The notes below the pieces were generated by a model. That model made no database searches and was not told where the DNA came from. It saw nothing but the letters and a program-made list of their open reading frames with translations. A DNA stretch of 64,000 bases from an uncultured Candidatus Saccharibacteria bacterium (GTDB lineage Bacteria; Patescibacteriota; CAZHWT01): assembly GCA_964597145.1 (NCBI GenBank), contig CAZQWH010000001.1:102441-166440 (forward strand), in the 5' to 3' direction. The stretch's first letter is position 1. Each line of letters opens with the position of its first letter. Position numbers and translations under genes: made by a program. Positions 1-9,136 of the stretch are shown one piece after another.

Positions 1-122
1 CTGGCCTTCGGCTCTGAGGCTCAGGTCATGACTATGAAGCTTGTCGAATAGCTCGAAGAGAGCGCAAGCAAATGGATCTGTAACAGCCTCGAGGTAACAC
101 CCGGGGCTGTTGTGGTTTTACC

Positions 123-163
123 AGTAGGCAAGTAGGCAAGTAGGCAAGTAGGCGAGTAGGCGA
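123..163. repeat. Tandem 8-mer microsatellite (GGCAAGTA)3(GGCGAGTA)2
   Basis: Direct reading of ggcaagtaggcaagtaggcaagtaggcgagtaggcgag. It lies inside the repeat-rich island 1-500. Confidence 0.8.
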
Positions 164-339
164 GATAGCTAGATTGCAAGAGTGACTTCGCTCCTCATTC
201 CCCACCCTACCTCCCCGCCACTTCCGCCATTAGACTTGCAGGCTGAAGCTCTGAATCTGCAACGCTTGCGTCGCGCGGGCAGGTGATGAAGCCACGGGCT
301 TTAACCTGTGGAGAGTCATTTCCGCCCACACCCTGTCAT

Positions 340-475
340 TCCTGCGCCGCAGGCTCTGAGCAGAGTCGAAGAGGGGGCGGGAATCTAAACGCTTGGATTT
401 ACTGGGCGAGTTTCTGGAGACTTAGTTTAAGTAATTTTGAGTATCCGTCATTGCGAGCAAAGCGCGGCAATCTTG
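340..475 (+). repeat. Intergenic mosaic repeat modules: ctgagcagagtcgaagag and cgtcattgcgagcaaagcgcggcaatcttg
   Basis: Near-identical strings recur at 35618-35640, 42311-42330 and 59248-59300. Confidence 0.55.
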
Positions 476-562
476 GTTGTTCTCTGTTGCAATACTCGGC
501 GGAATAGTTTTTGTCTATCTTATGCTTACTGTATACTCTTCTCTGTTATAATTCACTCCATA

Positions 563-1204
563 ATGACTGATTTACTCCAAAACCACCTTACCCAAATTGC
601 CCGGCAGCAAATTCCAGATAACGATCCTGCTCACGATATCCACCACACATTGCGCGTTTTAGCTAATGCGCTCAACATTGCCGCCGCCGAAAATGCCGAC
701 TTAGATGTTATAGTGCCCGCGGCGCTATTTCATGATGTCATAACCTATCCTAAAAATGATCCACGTTCCACCCATGCCCAAGAGGAAAGTGCCCAGGTTG
801 CGCGACAAATTCTCAAAAAAATCGATGCGTTTCCCTCAGCCAAGATCGAGCTGGTGATGGAAGCAATTCGACTATGCTCGTTCTCAAAGGGAATTACCCC
901 CGACCACCTAGAAGCCAAGGTGCTACAAGACGCCGATGGTTTGGAAGCAACTGGGGCCATATCTATCATGCGGACCTATGCTTCGACTGGGCAAATGTCT
1001 AGACCTTTTTACCATCCGCAAGACCCCTTCGCTCAGCATCGGGATGTTGACGCTAAATCGTATGCGTTAGATCTATTTTACGAGCGATTGCTAAAAGTAG
1101 AAGAGCGGATGCACACAAAATCGGCTAGAGCCATTGCTCGTCGCCGCACCAAATTCCTCCACCAATTTTTGGATGAGTTTAAGGTAGAACTCGAAGGAAA
1201 ATAA
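563..1204 (+). CDS. HD-domain metal-dependent phosphohydrolase
   Basis: H..HD..H..D motifs (HDIHHTLRV, LFHDV, DADGLEA). ATG at 563 (MTDLLQNHL) is preferred over 437, which lies in a repeat. Confidence 0.65.
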   Translation: MTDLLQNHLTQIARQQIPDNDPAHDIHHTLRVLANALNIAAAENADLDVIVPAALFHDVITYPKNDPRSTHAQEESAQVARQILKKIDAFPSAKIELVMEAIRLCSFSKGITPDHLEAKVLQDADGLEATGAISIMRTYASTGQMSRPFYHPQDPFAQHRDVDAKSYALDLFYERLLKVEERMHTKSARAIARRRTKFLHQFLDEFKVELEGK

Positions 1205-1287
1205 ACTACCAAGTCGTATGCCCTAGGCAGCATGAGTGGCATAAGTAAGCCAGGTTGGTTTGTTACGGAGATATATAATAAAATAAT

Positions 1288-1866
1288 ATGCGTTTAATTA
1301 CCCTATTTGACGGCCGTAGCCGTCGAGAAATAATAGCAACCGGGTTATTGGTGGTGGCAACCTTGTGGGCACTACGGTTCGACTACACCTACTCCATGTT
1401 GCCTTATAATGTAAAGGCTGGCGATACTTTAGAGACTATTTTAGACCAGCACCTGTTCCATAACCCGGTAATTGCCAATGCCAGCATCGATTATATTAGC
1501 GCGACCCAATCGGCATACGATGTTGACTATGTCATGAAGAACATAGGCCGTGAAGGCGGATATAGGATTGAGGTGTGGTTTAATCAACTTTCTATTTATG
1601 GGCCTAATAACGCTATGGTGGTGCGCTCTAATCTACTAGTCTCATCAGTCTTATTGAATCATTTACTTCAGGTAGCAGTACATAATCTAGTTGTCATCGT
1701 ACTTGCCGGATGGGCCTGGCTTGTGCTCAAAGAGTATGACTTCCGGCTTAATACAACGTGGAGGCGGGAAGTAATGTGGCCGAGCGTGGCGCTTATTATA
1801 TTAGCTCCTGTGTTGTTCATCGTAGTTGTATATACGTTACTGATTATCGTAACTTCAGTGCTATAG
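1288..1866 (+). CDS. Hypothetical membrane protein
   Basis: 192-aa ORF with hydrophobic N- and C-terminal segments. Confidence 0.4.
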   Translation: MRLITLFDGRSRREIIATGLLVVATLWALRFDYTYSMLPYNVKAGDTLETILDQHLFHNPVIANASIDYISATQSAYDVDYVMKNIGREGGYRIEVWFNQLSIYGPNNAMVVRSNLLVSSVLLNHLLQVAVHNLVVIVLAGWAWLVLKEYDFRLNTTWRREVMWPSVALIILAPVLFIVVVYTLLIIVTSVL

Positions 1867-1879
1867 AAAGGTTCATAAT

Positions 1880-2110
1880 ATGCCAAGTGTTGGAAGCTTT
1901 GCGCCTCGAGCAGTCAATGTCGAGCTTTTTGAATATCGCTACACGATTTTGGTGGGGTACATTCTGTTTGTCCTATTTGTGCTTAGCTTGTATCGGGGAT
2001 ATCGGACCAGGCAACGGATGTGGTTTGTGTCGGCCGCTTTGTTGGGCTTGGGAGGGCTGAGTCTGTTTTTGCTTAATCTGTATTTATTAGGCGTTCCAGT
2101 AATTGGTTAA
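1880..2110 (+). CDS. Small hypothetical membrane protein
   Basis: 76-aa ORF with two predicted TM helices, directly downstream of the previous ORF. Confidence 0.3.
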   Translation: MPSVGSFAPRAVNVELFEYRYTILVGYILFVLFVLSLYRGYRTRQRMWFVSAALLGLGGLSLFLLNLYLLGVPVIG

Positions 2111-2154
2111 GGTAATTGGTCTGGCGAATACTCCGCCAGACCAATTCGTTAATC

Positions 2155-2454
2155 CTAAAATGGATCAAGGTCAATACCAAATTTGGCTTTAACCAAAGCC
2201 GCCACTCGCTCCTGCTCTGCAGGGGCAAAGTCTTCCAGTGCCTGGGTCCACCACAACGTGCGATGGGAATCATCGGTGAACACCAAGCAGACCCAGTCAC
2301 TCCGACCGTTGTCTGACTGGTACACCTTAACCCCATCCACCACAACCTCGTACGGGGCCACCAAACGCAAACCGTGGCTTGGTTGGATCCGCACCTGTGG
2401 GGTGCCTGCTGTCGGCGACAGAGCTATTGGATGCAACGCCGTTATTGGTACCAT
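2155..2454 (-). CDS. Hypothetical protein
   Basis: 99-aa ORF. The reverse complement has a ggaaagga RBS 8 nt upstream of the ATG. Confidence 0.45.
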   Translation of the reverse strand: MVPITALHPIALSPTAGTPQVRIQPSHGLRLVAPYEVVVDGVKVYQSDNGRSDWVCLVFTDDSHRTLWWTQALEDFAPAEQERVAALVKAKFGIDLDPF

Positions 2455-2598
2455 CTACTCGTTCCTTTCCTAATGGCCTCTCGGGGGTATTAAACACAAT
2501 AATCGTTGCCGTTAGCCCGATAATTATGCCACTTTAACCCGCATTCGTCAATACCTAGTTGCCATTATGTTGTTGGAAAATGTCTGAGTTAATAACGA

Positions 2599-2630
2599 TT
2601 AATTATATAATTAATTATATAATTAAATTT
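2599..2630. promoter_or_regulatory. AT-only double palindrome TTAATTATATAATTAATTATATAATTAAATTT (copy 1), candidate promoter/operator
   Basis: Two tandem copies of the perfect palindrome AATTATATAATT, each containing TATAAT. It is 130 bp upstream of the UDG-like gene, and the same motif occurs at 36235, 59628 and 60183. Confidence 0.6.
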
Positions 2631-2762
2631 ATCCTATACCATAGCCATCCAGGGCCAATAGGATTGTCAGGATGCTGCCTCCTACCAATACACAACAAGC
2701 TAATCCATTTAGCGATATAATAACCTCACGAAAAGTATTCGAATTTCATTGGCGAGAACCTC

Positions 2763-3413
2763 ATGCAAAGCAGCACGCTACAAGATTTACATATCTGGTT
2801 TAAGAAATTGGCAGAATTACCCAGCCTGCCCGCCGTTCACAATATATATTCTGCCAAATCCAACAATGGCATTATTCGACTACATAACCTCAAGCGATAT
2901 TTTGAGGTTATGTTGCCACACCAGCCCCAAGTTCTATTAGTAGGCGAAGCACCCGGCTATCAGGGAACCTACCGCACCGGTGTGCCATTTTGCAGCGAAT
3001 CAATTCCACTTGGTCCTCCTAATCAATTTAACTTATTTGGCGGAGAGGCGAATGGATTCCATCGGGTTTACCATGGGGACAAAGTATGGAAAGAGCCTAG
3101 CGCCACCATTGTCCAGCGAACGTTAGACGAAATTAAAAAGCCAATACTCATTTGGTCTACCTTCCCTCTGCATCCACATCAACCAGGCATCGAATTATCC
3201 AATCGAGCGCCTAATCTCCAAGAGATAACACTGGGCAGTCAGCTACTCCAAGAACTCTTAACTATTCTTCAGCCGCCACAAATAGTGGCAGTGGGTAATA
3301 TCGCGCACAAATGTTTAACCTCAATCGGCATCAAAACCGCCAAAGTTCGACACCCTTCACACGGCGGAGCAACCCAATTTCGTCAACAACTACTTCAGCT
3401 AGTAGCCGAGTAA
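2763..3413 (+). CDS. Uracil-DNA glycosylase superfamily protein (family 4-like)
   Basis: Motif A GEAPGYQGTYRTGVPF and motif B HPSHGG match the UDG family 4/5 signatures. Confidence 0.6.
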   Translation: MQSSTLQDLHIWFKKLAELPSLPAVHNIYSAKSNNGIIRLHNLKRYFEVMLPHQPQVLLVGEAPGYQGTYRTGVPFCSESIPLGPPNQFNLFGGEANGFHRVYHGDKVWKEPSATIVQRTLDEIKKPILIWSTFPLHPHQPGIELSNRAPNLQEITLGSQLLQELLTILQPPQIVAVGNIAHKCLTSIGIKTAKVRHPSHGGATQFRQQLLQLVAE

Positions 3414-3438
3414 ACCTTGACCAACCCTTGCTCGCCTC

Positions 3439-3478
3439 GTTTAACCTCAAAGGTTAAATACCTTTGAACCTAGGTTGC
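3439..3478. repeat. REP-like palindromic unit (left of RAYT)
   Basis: Hairpin ttaacc-tcaaa-ggttaa followed by the perfect palindrome aacctaggtt. It overlaps the 3' end of the RAYT gene. Confidence 0.6.
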
Positions 3479-4202
3479 TTGATTCAGTTTCCATCCTGTT
3501 ATACAGGCTTAAATCACCCAACGCATCCTCATTAGCTTCAAGTAACAAGTGTTGATCTGCTTTTAGTCTCCTCTGATAGTCGGCTCTATCTAGGATGAAC
3601 TGCTTGTACGATTCAGTGTTGTGGGAAAACGAATCAAGAATCGGATCTAAAATAGTAAAGCTATTGTCGCGAAGCTTGAGATATTCAGGCAAAGATGACC
3701 AAGGATAACTCCACAACTCGTCTATAGTTGAAACCGCATGCGACGTGTAGGGATTTAAATGAATATATCTTGATACATGGGTAAGCTGCGTAGCTGTTTC
3801 GATTCTGACAGATTTAAATCTAGTATGGAATAAGGTGCCAGAGCAGCTATGCTTGGCATTATAGTAACGAGTAAAGCTATTTTGAAATTGGCTTAGAAAA
3901 GTAGAAATTCCATTGCTAGTATTTTGCTGTAGGAGCAGGTGAAAATGGTTAGGCATTAAACAGTAGGCCAGAATACCCACCATTGGCTTATTTTGGTTCT
4001 GACCTGCAATCACAAGATGCCGATCTTGTGCATTCATCACTAAAAAGCGAGATAGGCTAACAGTGTTGTTAAAAAGATAATAGTGCAATGCTTCAACGGC
4101 TCGACGGTACTCAGTTGAATTTGTAAACGTCGGCTGGTGATTTTGCCCTCGATTAAAGACATGATATATCTGTCCGTTTACAAGCGGTTGTCGTTTTTGC
4201 AT
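3447..4202 (-). CDS. REP-associated tyrosine transposase (RAYT) / IS200-like Y1 transposase
   Basis: YHVFNRG, HuH motif LMPNHFHLLL and catalytic-Tyr motif RYIHLNP. Flanked by REP-like hairpins. Confidence 0.75.
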   Translation of the reverse strand: MQKRQPLVNGQIYHVFNRGQNHQPTFTNSTEYRRAVEALHYYLFNNTVSLSRFLVMNAQDRHLVIAGQNQNKPMVGILAYCLMPNHFHLLLQQNTSNGISTFLSQFQNSFTRYYNAKHSCSGTLFHTRFKSVRIETATQLTHVSRYIHLNPYTSHAVSTIDELWSYPWSSLPEYLKLRDNSFTILDPILDSFSHNTESYKQFILDRADYQRRLKADQHLLLEANEDALGDLSLYNRMETESSNLGSKVFNL

Positions 4203-4287
4203 ATGCCTCCAGTGAATCTGAGCAGAATATATGAATTGTTGCAGGTATACGCTACTCTCAGAATCTTGTCAATCTTAACTTCTTCAG

Positions 4288-4345
4288 GCAACCTAGGTCC
4301 AAAGCTATATCACCTTTGAGGTTAAATGACTTTGAACCTAGGTTA
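4288..4345. repeat. REP-like units (right of RAYT), an inverted doublet
   Basis: 4288-4306 gcaacctaggtccaaag is an inverted copy of 3461-3478. 4311-4343 cacctttgaggttaaatgactttgaacctaggtta has the same stem with a flipped loop plus the aacctaggtt palindrome. Confidence 0.6.
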
Positions 4346-4566
4346 CCTGATATATGTGATAGCACTTAATGATCGAAAATCAAAACGGTAAACGTCAAGT
4401 ATGTCTAGTGCAGCTAAAAATGAGGGGGTAGTGGGGATGAGGGTTTACACCTAAGCGATATGAGAGGCGGCTATTAATTGAATAATCAAAGATGGTAAAT
4501 AGCAGAGATTGCCGTACGAAGCTCTTATGCTGGTTAAATCTACAGCCCCTCTAGAAATGAAAAGAA

Positions 4567-5064
4567 TTAGTCCAGGGTTGGACGATGATGAGCAGTTGCC
4601 AGAAGCTCGTCTAAATCGAGTGGCTTAGTATACATTTCTGGCTTACCATTGGCTTTGCGTGGCCAATCTTCTTTAGGGCGATCCCAGTAGAGCTCTAAGC
4701 CGTTGCCATCTGGGTCTTCTAAGTAAATAGCCTCACTCACTCCATGGTCAGCCGCTCCCGTAATAGGATAGTTGTGCTTTGTCAGTCGCTCGAAGGCCCG
4801 GGCTAACTCTTTACGAGTTGGATACAAAATCGCCGCGTGATAAAGACCAGTATGTCCCTTAGGTGGACGCCCCATCTGACTTTCCCAGGTATTAAGGCCA
4901 ATGTGATGATGATACCCACCCGCCGACAAAAAGGCTGCATGGCCAAAGTCATCCACCACTTCAAAGCCCAACACATCTTGATAAAACTGAATCGATTTAG
5001 CTACATCGGAGACTTTTAAATGAACATGGCCAATTTTAGTTTCGGGATGAAGTGGCTCCGCCAT
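4567..5064 (-). CDS. VOC family protein (glyoxalase/bleomycin-resistance/extradiol dioxygenase fold)
   Basis: Typical VOC sequence: HVHLKVSDVAKSIQFYQDVLGF ... YLEDPDGNGLEL. Confidence 0.65.
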   Translation of the reverse strand: MAEPLHPETKIGHVHLKVSDVAKSIQFYQDVLGFEVVDDFGHAAFLSAGGYHHHIGLNTWESQMGRPPKGHTGLYHAAILYPTRKELARAFERLTKHNYPITGAADHGVSEAIYLEDPDGNGLELYWDRPKEDWPRKANGKPEMYTKPLDLDELLATAHHRPTLD

Positions 5065-5068
5065 AGCC

Positions 5069-5800
5069 TTACTCCTCCAGAAATTTAAGACCAGTAAACG
5101 ACTTGGCTAGTAAGATAAATTCCGCATCGTGCTCGGCCGAATAGCTATAAGTAACTACTAAATTTGGTTCCTGTTTCGTAGGGTTATTTCCAGGTTGGAA
5201 AGGAGAAGCGAAGAATGCCATGTACGCATCTGATCCACAGTCAGAGGTCATGACTACTGGCTTGCTGCCAAAAGTATAAGATTTATCTACCGTTTGTCCA
5301 CAACCTATAAGCTCGAATGGGTACCCCACTACCACAATCTCCTGTCCATTAGCGGATAAGGCCAGACGCTCGTATTGGCGAGTATTGGCTTGATCGTAGG
5401 GATGGCGGACAAACTCTTCTTGCAGTTGCCAGTCGGCGGGGTACTTAAAAGAATATGCGCCATCTTTTTGGGTGTAGGTTTTCCACCCAGCTGTTGGGTC
5501 GGGTGTGGGGGTTGGCGTTGGATTTGGTGTTGGGGTTAAACTAGGAACGGGCGTTGGGGTTGGCGTGGTTGTAACAACTGCTTGGCCCGACGTAGGTTTA
5601 GAAGCCGGCGAGGTGCCATTTTGGTTGGCTAAAATGTAACCACCAACACCTCCGGCCACCAGGGCTATTCCGATTACAACCACCGCAATCAAACCAAACC
5701 GGTTTATGGAGAATGCTAGTTTCGGTGCGGTTTGCGCCTGCACCGGTGGTGGCGTTTCATCTAATTGAGGTGCGTTGGTTGGGTTAGTAGTATCAGGCAT
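5069..5800 (-). CDS. Membrane-anchored protein with Pro/Thr-rich linker
   Basis: N-terminal TM helix, then a TTTPTPTPVPSLTPTPNPTPTPTPDPT linker, then a C-terminal globular domain. Confidence 0.5.
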   Translation of the reverse strand: MPDTTNPTNAPQLDETPPPVQAQTAPKLAFSINRFGLIAVVVIGIALVAGGVGGYILANQNGTSPASKPTSGQAVVTTTPTPTPVPSLTPTPNPTPTPTPDPTAGWKTYTQKDGAYSFKYPADWQLQEEFVRHPYDQANTRQYERLALSANGQEIVVVGYPFELIGCGQTVDKSYTFGSKPVVMTSDCGSDAYMAFFASPFQPGNNPTKQEPNLVVTYSYSAEHDAEFILLAKSFTGLKFLEE

Positions 5801-5918
5801 ACATTTAATATAAAGTAATTGTTACACAGCTATCTGGTATGATGCAAGTGCAGTACAACAATCTTGCGGTATTATCTGAGGTAAGCTTGGTTAAACGAGT
5901 ATGCCTAAGTTAATTATT

Positions 5919-6311
5919 CTACGCAGAAATTCTGGCTATACTCGAATCGAGGGCTTCTAGAATACTTTCATCAGAGGTAGCTATAATTACATTCGGCAGA
6001 GTAAAGAAATGAGCGGAATCTTTCCCACTGACAATCACAACCTTATTTAACCCCATAGCCATGCCAGCTTCATACCTGGCGCTTTCTTGAACCTCTTCCC
6101 ACAAATAGACCAATGCATCGCAGTTTCGAATAGCCTCTTTTTCGTCGTAAGCCTTTTTAACCATGTCAGAAGTATCATGTATTTTGGCTACCCAGTCATA
6201 AGTGATAGTATGACCGGCGTCTTTGAGTTGTTTTATTATCGTGCCTGCTCGATCAAGATCTTTCCCTGCAACGTAAACTTTCATACCTGCAATATAGCAT
6301 GCGTAGTTCAT
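5919..6311 (-). CDS. Nucleoside 2-deoxyribosyltransferase-like protein
   Basis: MKVYVAG start and YEAGMAMGLNKVVIV resemble the Nuc_deoxyrib_tr fold signature (catalytic Glu context). Confidence 0.45.
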   Translation of the reverse strand: MNYACYIAGMKVYVAGKDLDRAGTIIKQLKDAGHTITYDWVAKIHDTSDMVKKAYDEKEAIRNCDALVYLWEEVQESARYEAGMAMGLNKVVIVSGKDSAHFFTLPNVIIATSDESILEALDSSIARISA

Positions 6312-6489
6312 TATTAGAAGGTTCTAAGTGCCAAAAACTCCCGTTATCGCCCCCCCCATCCGTCTCTGACACGAGGCAATTTTGTAGCGATTCTGGCCCA
6401 GTCAAGAAGACTGCCTGTCTACTTGCGCCGTATGACAGAGAGACAATTTAGGTGATGTTCAGTTAGATCACCTCGCTAGGGCCCGCGAT

Positions 6490-6565
6490 GACGGTTTTAA
6501 GTAGTTTGTTTCCAATTTCGAATTTCGAGTTTTCGCCTTTAACCTGTAGTTTTGAGTTTTACCCT
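6490..6565. repeat. AT-rich tcgaaatt-type repeat module (partial)
   Basis: ccaatttcgaatttcgagttttcgcc is related to the modules at 9514, 27865, 35790 and 63445. Confidence 0.4.
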
Positions 6566-6566
6566 G

Positions 6567-6579
6567 TTATATAATTAAT
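6567..6579. promoter_or_regulatory. Half-site TTATATAATTAAT of the AT palindrome, abutting the yjbQ start
   Basis: gttatataattaatgaATGGAG. The TATAAT sits 7 nt before the ATG, which suggests a leaderless transcript. Confidence 0.4.
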
Positions 6580-6581
6580 GA

Positions 6582-6968
6582 ATGGAGTTAACTATACCCA
6601 CCAGTCGCAAGCGCCAAGTAATAGATGTTACCGAAACAGTAGAGCAACAATTACCTCAGCAAAATGGGATAGCAATCGTATTTGTGACCCACACCACTGC
6701 CGCTATCACCACAGCCGATTTAGACCCCGGCACCGACCAAGACTTTTTAGATTTCTTAGCCGCAATTACCCCAGACCTTAATTGGCGACATCCGCATAAC
6801 CCAGATCATGCCCCAGATCATTTACTTGCCTCGATCATTGGATCAAGTCTGACGTTGCCATTCCACCACGGACGGCTGCAGTTAGGCACATGGCAGCGAA
6901 TAGTTTTAGTTGAGTTCGACGGCCCACGCCAGCGGCAGATACTAGTCCAAGTCACACCAACATCATAG
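6582..6968 (+). CDS. yjbQ: YjbQ/UPF0047 family protein (secondary thiamine-phosphate synthase-like)
   Basis: FVTHTTAAITTADLDPG ... GRLQLGTWQRIVLVEFDGPRQR is typical of UPF0047. Confidence 0.65.
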   Translation: MELTIPTSRKRQVIDVTETVEQQLPQQNGIAIVFVTHTTAAITTADLDPGTDQDFLDFLAAITPDLNWRHPHNPDHAPDHLLASIIGSSLTLPFHHGRLQLGTWQRIVLVEFDGPRQRQILVQVTPTS

Positions 6969-6971
6969 CCT

Positions 6972-7646
6972 ATGCTCAAATTAATCTTAATTGATTTTGA
7001 TGATACCTTAGTCCAAACCGAAGCAGCCTGCTTCGAGCTGGAAAATGATATCGCTATTCGTTTGGGCCACTCGCCTATGACCCGGGAGGCGCATAAGCGC
7101 AATTGGGGTGTAGCATTACGTCCAGCTATTTTGGAGCGGATTCCAGGGATCGATGTAGACAAATTCCTCAAGCTACACCAACAATTACTCCCCAAATACG
7201 TGACAGTAGGTAAATTTGACGAAGTGACCGAAGAAAATTTACAGGCTTTACAAGCAGTACGCCAGTCAGGGTATAAAGTGGCAATTTTAACTTCTCGCAC
7301 CTTGGCAGAAACCGAACATTTAGTTCATGCGTCACATCCTTTATCCAACTATATAGATGGGTTCTACCATGGTGATAATTTAGAAGTAGCCAAACCCGAC
7401 CCTAAAGTATTTCGCTTACCCTTGCATCATTTTAAGGTCGAACCTCATCAAGCAGTGTACATTGGTGACGCTCGCAAGGATGGCGAGTGCGCTAAAGCCG
7501 CTGGTTTGCACTTCATTGCTACCCTGGAAAGCGGCCTACTGAGCCAGCAAGATTTCCAGCATATTCCTGTAGACAGTTTTATCAATCATTTTTCCCGCTT
7601 GCCTCAAGCAATTGCCTCATTAGAGCAGACGCTCAAATCGGACTAA
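6972..7646 (+). CDS. HAD-superfamily hydrolase
   Basis: Motif I LILIDFDDTL and a downstream motif IV YIGDARKD. Confidence 0.7.
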   Translation: MLKLILIDFDDTLVQTEAACFELENDIAIRLGHSPMTREAHKRNWGVALRPAILERIPGIDVDKFLKLHQQLLPKYVTVGKFDEVTEENLQALQAVRQSGYKVAILTSRTLAETEHLVHASHPLSNYIDGFYHGDNLEVAKPDPKVFRLPLHHFKVEPHQAVYIGDARKDGECAKAAGLHFIATLESGLLSQQDFQHIPVDSFINHFSRLPQAIASLEQTLKSD

Positions 7647-7847
7647 TTCCTCTATCCTATTAATAAATAGGCAATCTCCAACTCGTCAGCTAAATTGCTG
7701 GCCGATGTACCTAGCTAGATCTGTGGCTAAAATTGTCACTCGTAGCTAGCTTACATAACCACCAGTCTCTACGGTATTGATTTTGCCATCCATTGGGAGT
7801 AATATCCAAAGCTTGGAATATGCAGTTCCACAGCAAGGAGAAAGTCA

Positions 7848-8114
7848 ATGCCACTTCACCTATTAAACTGGGGGAAGCACGATGAGGCTCCAATCGACTC
7901 GCCAACCCACTTCAAAATGGCCGACTTTGGACTGTCCTCGCGGCCAATGAGGCGGAATGTGATACCTGAGGGCCAATTGCTAGGTATCAATGACTTGCCT
8001 CGATGCAGCACCAGGTCGCAATGTCAGCTTGCCTCACAAGCCCGTCGGGCAATTAAGCGTGTTCGAGATTGCAATATGCTCTACACGCTTGAAGAGCAGG
8101 AATTTATTCAGTAG
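7848..8114 (+). CDS. Hypothetical small protein
   Basis: aaggaga RBS 7 nt upstream of the ATG. Confidence 0.3.
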   Translation: MPLHLLNWGKHDEAPIDSPTHFKMADFGLSSRPMRRNVIPEGQLLGINDLPRCSTRSQCQLASQARRAIKRVRDCNMLYTLEEQEFIQ

Positions 8115-8231
8115 TCACTCCTCATGGCTATACTCGCCAGGCAGCACCTAAATGCTGCCTGTTTTTGTAACGGAATAGTAGAGCAACCCTTAATCGTCCT
8201 CGTTGATTTTTATTCAATTAACCGAACATCT

Positions 8232-8633
8232 CTACATTGCATCAGCATCAAAGGGCGATACAATTTGAAAATAATTTCCATCAGGGTCGGTCAGAGTCCC
8301 AATATAGTATTTTTTGTCTTCATCCATAGCCTCCGGTTCCTTTACCACCGAAGCGCCTTCAATAGCTTTCACTCGCTCAAACTCGGCTGGTACATCCCTA
8401 GCTTCAAAGTTAAACATAATTCGCTCTGGATTAGGGCTTTGACCGCTAACTTTATCGTGTGGACCAACGGTTAAATAACAGCTGCCAGCTGGTAAGGTGG
8501 AGTAGCCATCCTGTTCCATAACCGGTTCTTTCTCAATCACTTGCTGATAAAACTTTGCCAGACGTTGTGGGTTATCAGAAAAAAGCAGAATAGAGTTAAA
8601 ATTAAGCATAGAATTCCTCCGAGATGATATCAA
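8232..8633 (-). CDS. VOC/glyoxalase family protein
   Basis: VOC-like fold motifs. The true start may be the internal Met at 8609 (MLNFNSILLF). Confidence 0.5.
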   Translation of the reverse strand: MISSRRNSMLNFNSILLFSDNPQRLAKFYQQVIEKEPVMEQDGYSTLPAGSCYLTVGPHDKVSGQSPNPERIMFNFEARDVPAEFERVKAIEGASVVKEPEAMDEDKKYYIGTLTDPDGNYFQIVSPFDADAM

Positions 8634-8750
8634 AATTGTATGCCTTTAGATTGTTTCTAACAACAAGCAATTTTGCAAATAGCTTGACGCTGGGGCCAGA
8701 AAAGCGTATATAAAGGTACAACTTACTCTCAGTAAGGAAGGAGCAGGACA

Positions 8751-9035
8751 ATGAACAATAACCACCGGCTAATCGGAACTATATTTATTTTCCCCAATAG
8801 CCGCTGTGCAACCACCATTGTGGGCTATAATGCCGAACCCGATCACTACCAATTGCGGATGGATGGTCAGCGCGAAGATTGCTGGATTTCGCGAGAGGAG
8901 TTCGAGGAGGCCTTTGCTGCAGGAGCAATTACCCTAGCTTTCCCAGTCTGGGCACCATTCACTCGGCCGCCGGGATCCAAACTTGGTGGCTTGGCGCTTC
9001 CATCACGAGTAGCCAGCTGGCCCGCCTCGTGCTAA
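8751..9035 (+). CDS. Hypothetical protein
   Basis: ORF only. It overlaps ORF 8879-9121 in another frame, so a frameshift is possible. Confidence 0.25.
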   Translation: MNNNHRLIGTIFIFPNSRCATTIVGYNAEPDHYQLRMDGQREDCWISREEFEEAFAAGAITLAFPVWAPFTRPPGSKLGGLALPSRVASWPASC

Positions 9036-9136
9036 AAAGGAAAATTAACGCCTTGGCTAAACACTCATCAGGCGGCCCTATTTATTATAGAGCCGCCCAT
9101 TTATATTCCTTGAGGTCTTAGGCTAGGAGAGCAGGC

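Noticed and set aside
283-507. 74-aa ORF
   Set aside because: It sits entirely within the repeat island and includes repeat modules.
3421-4345. Prophage or IS element around the RAYT
   Set aside because: Only the single Y1 transposase is present, with no integrase, capsid or terminase genes. REP flanks indicate a RAYT/REP system rather than an IS200 insertion.
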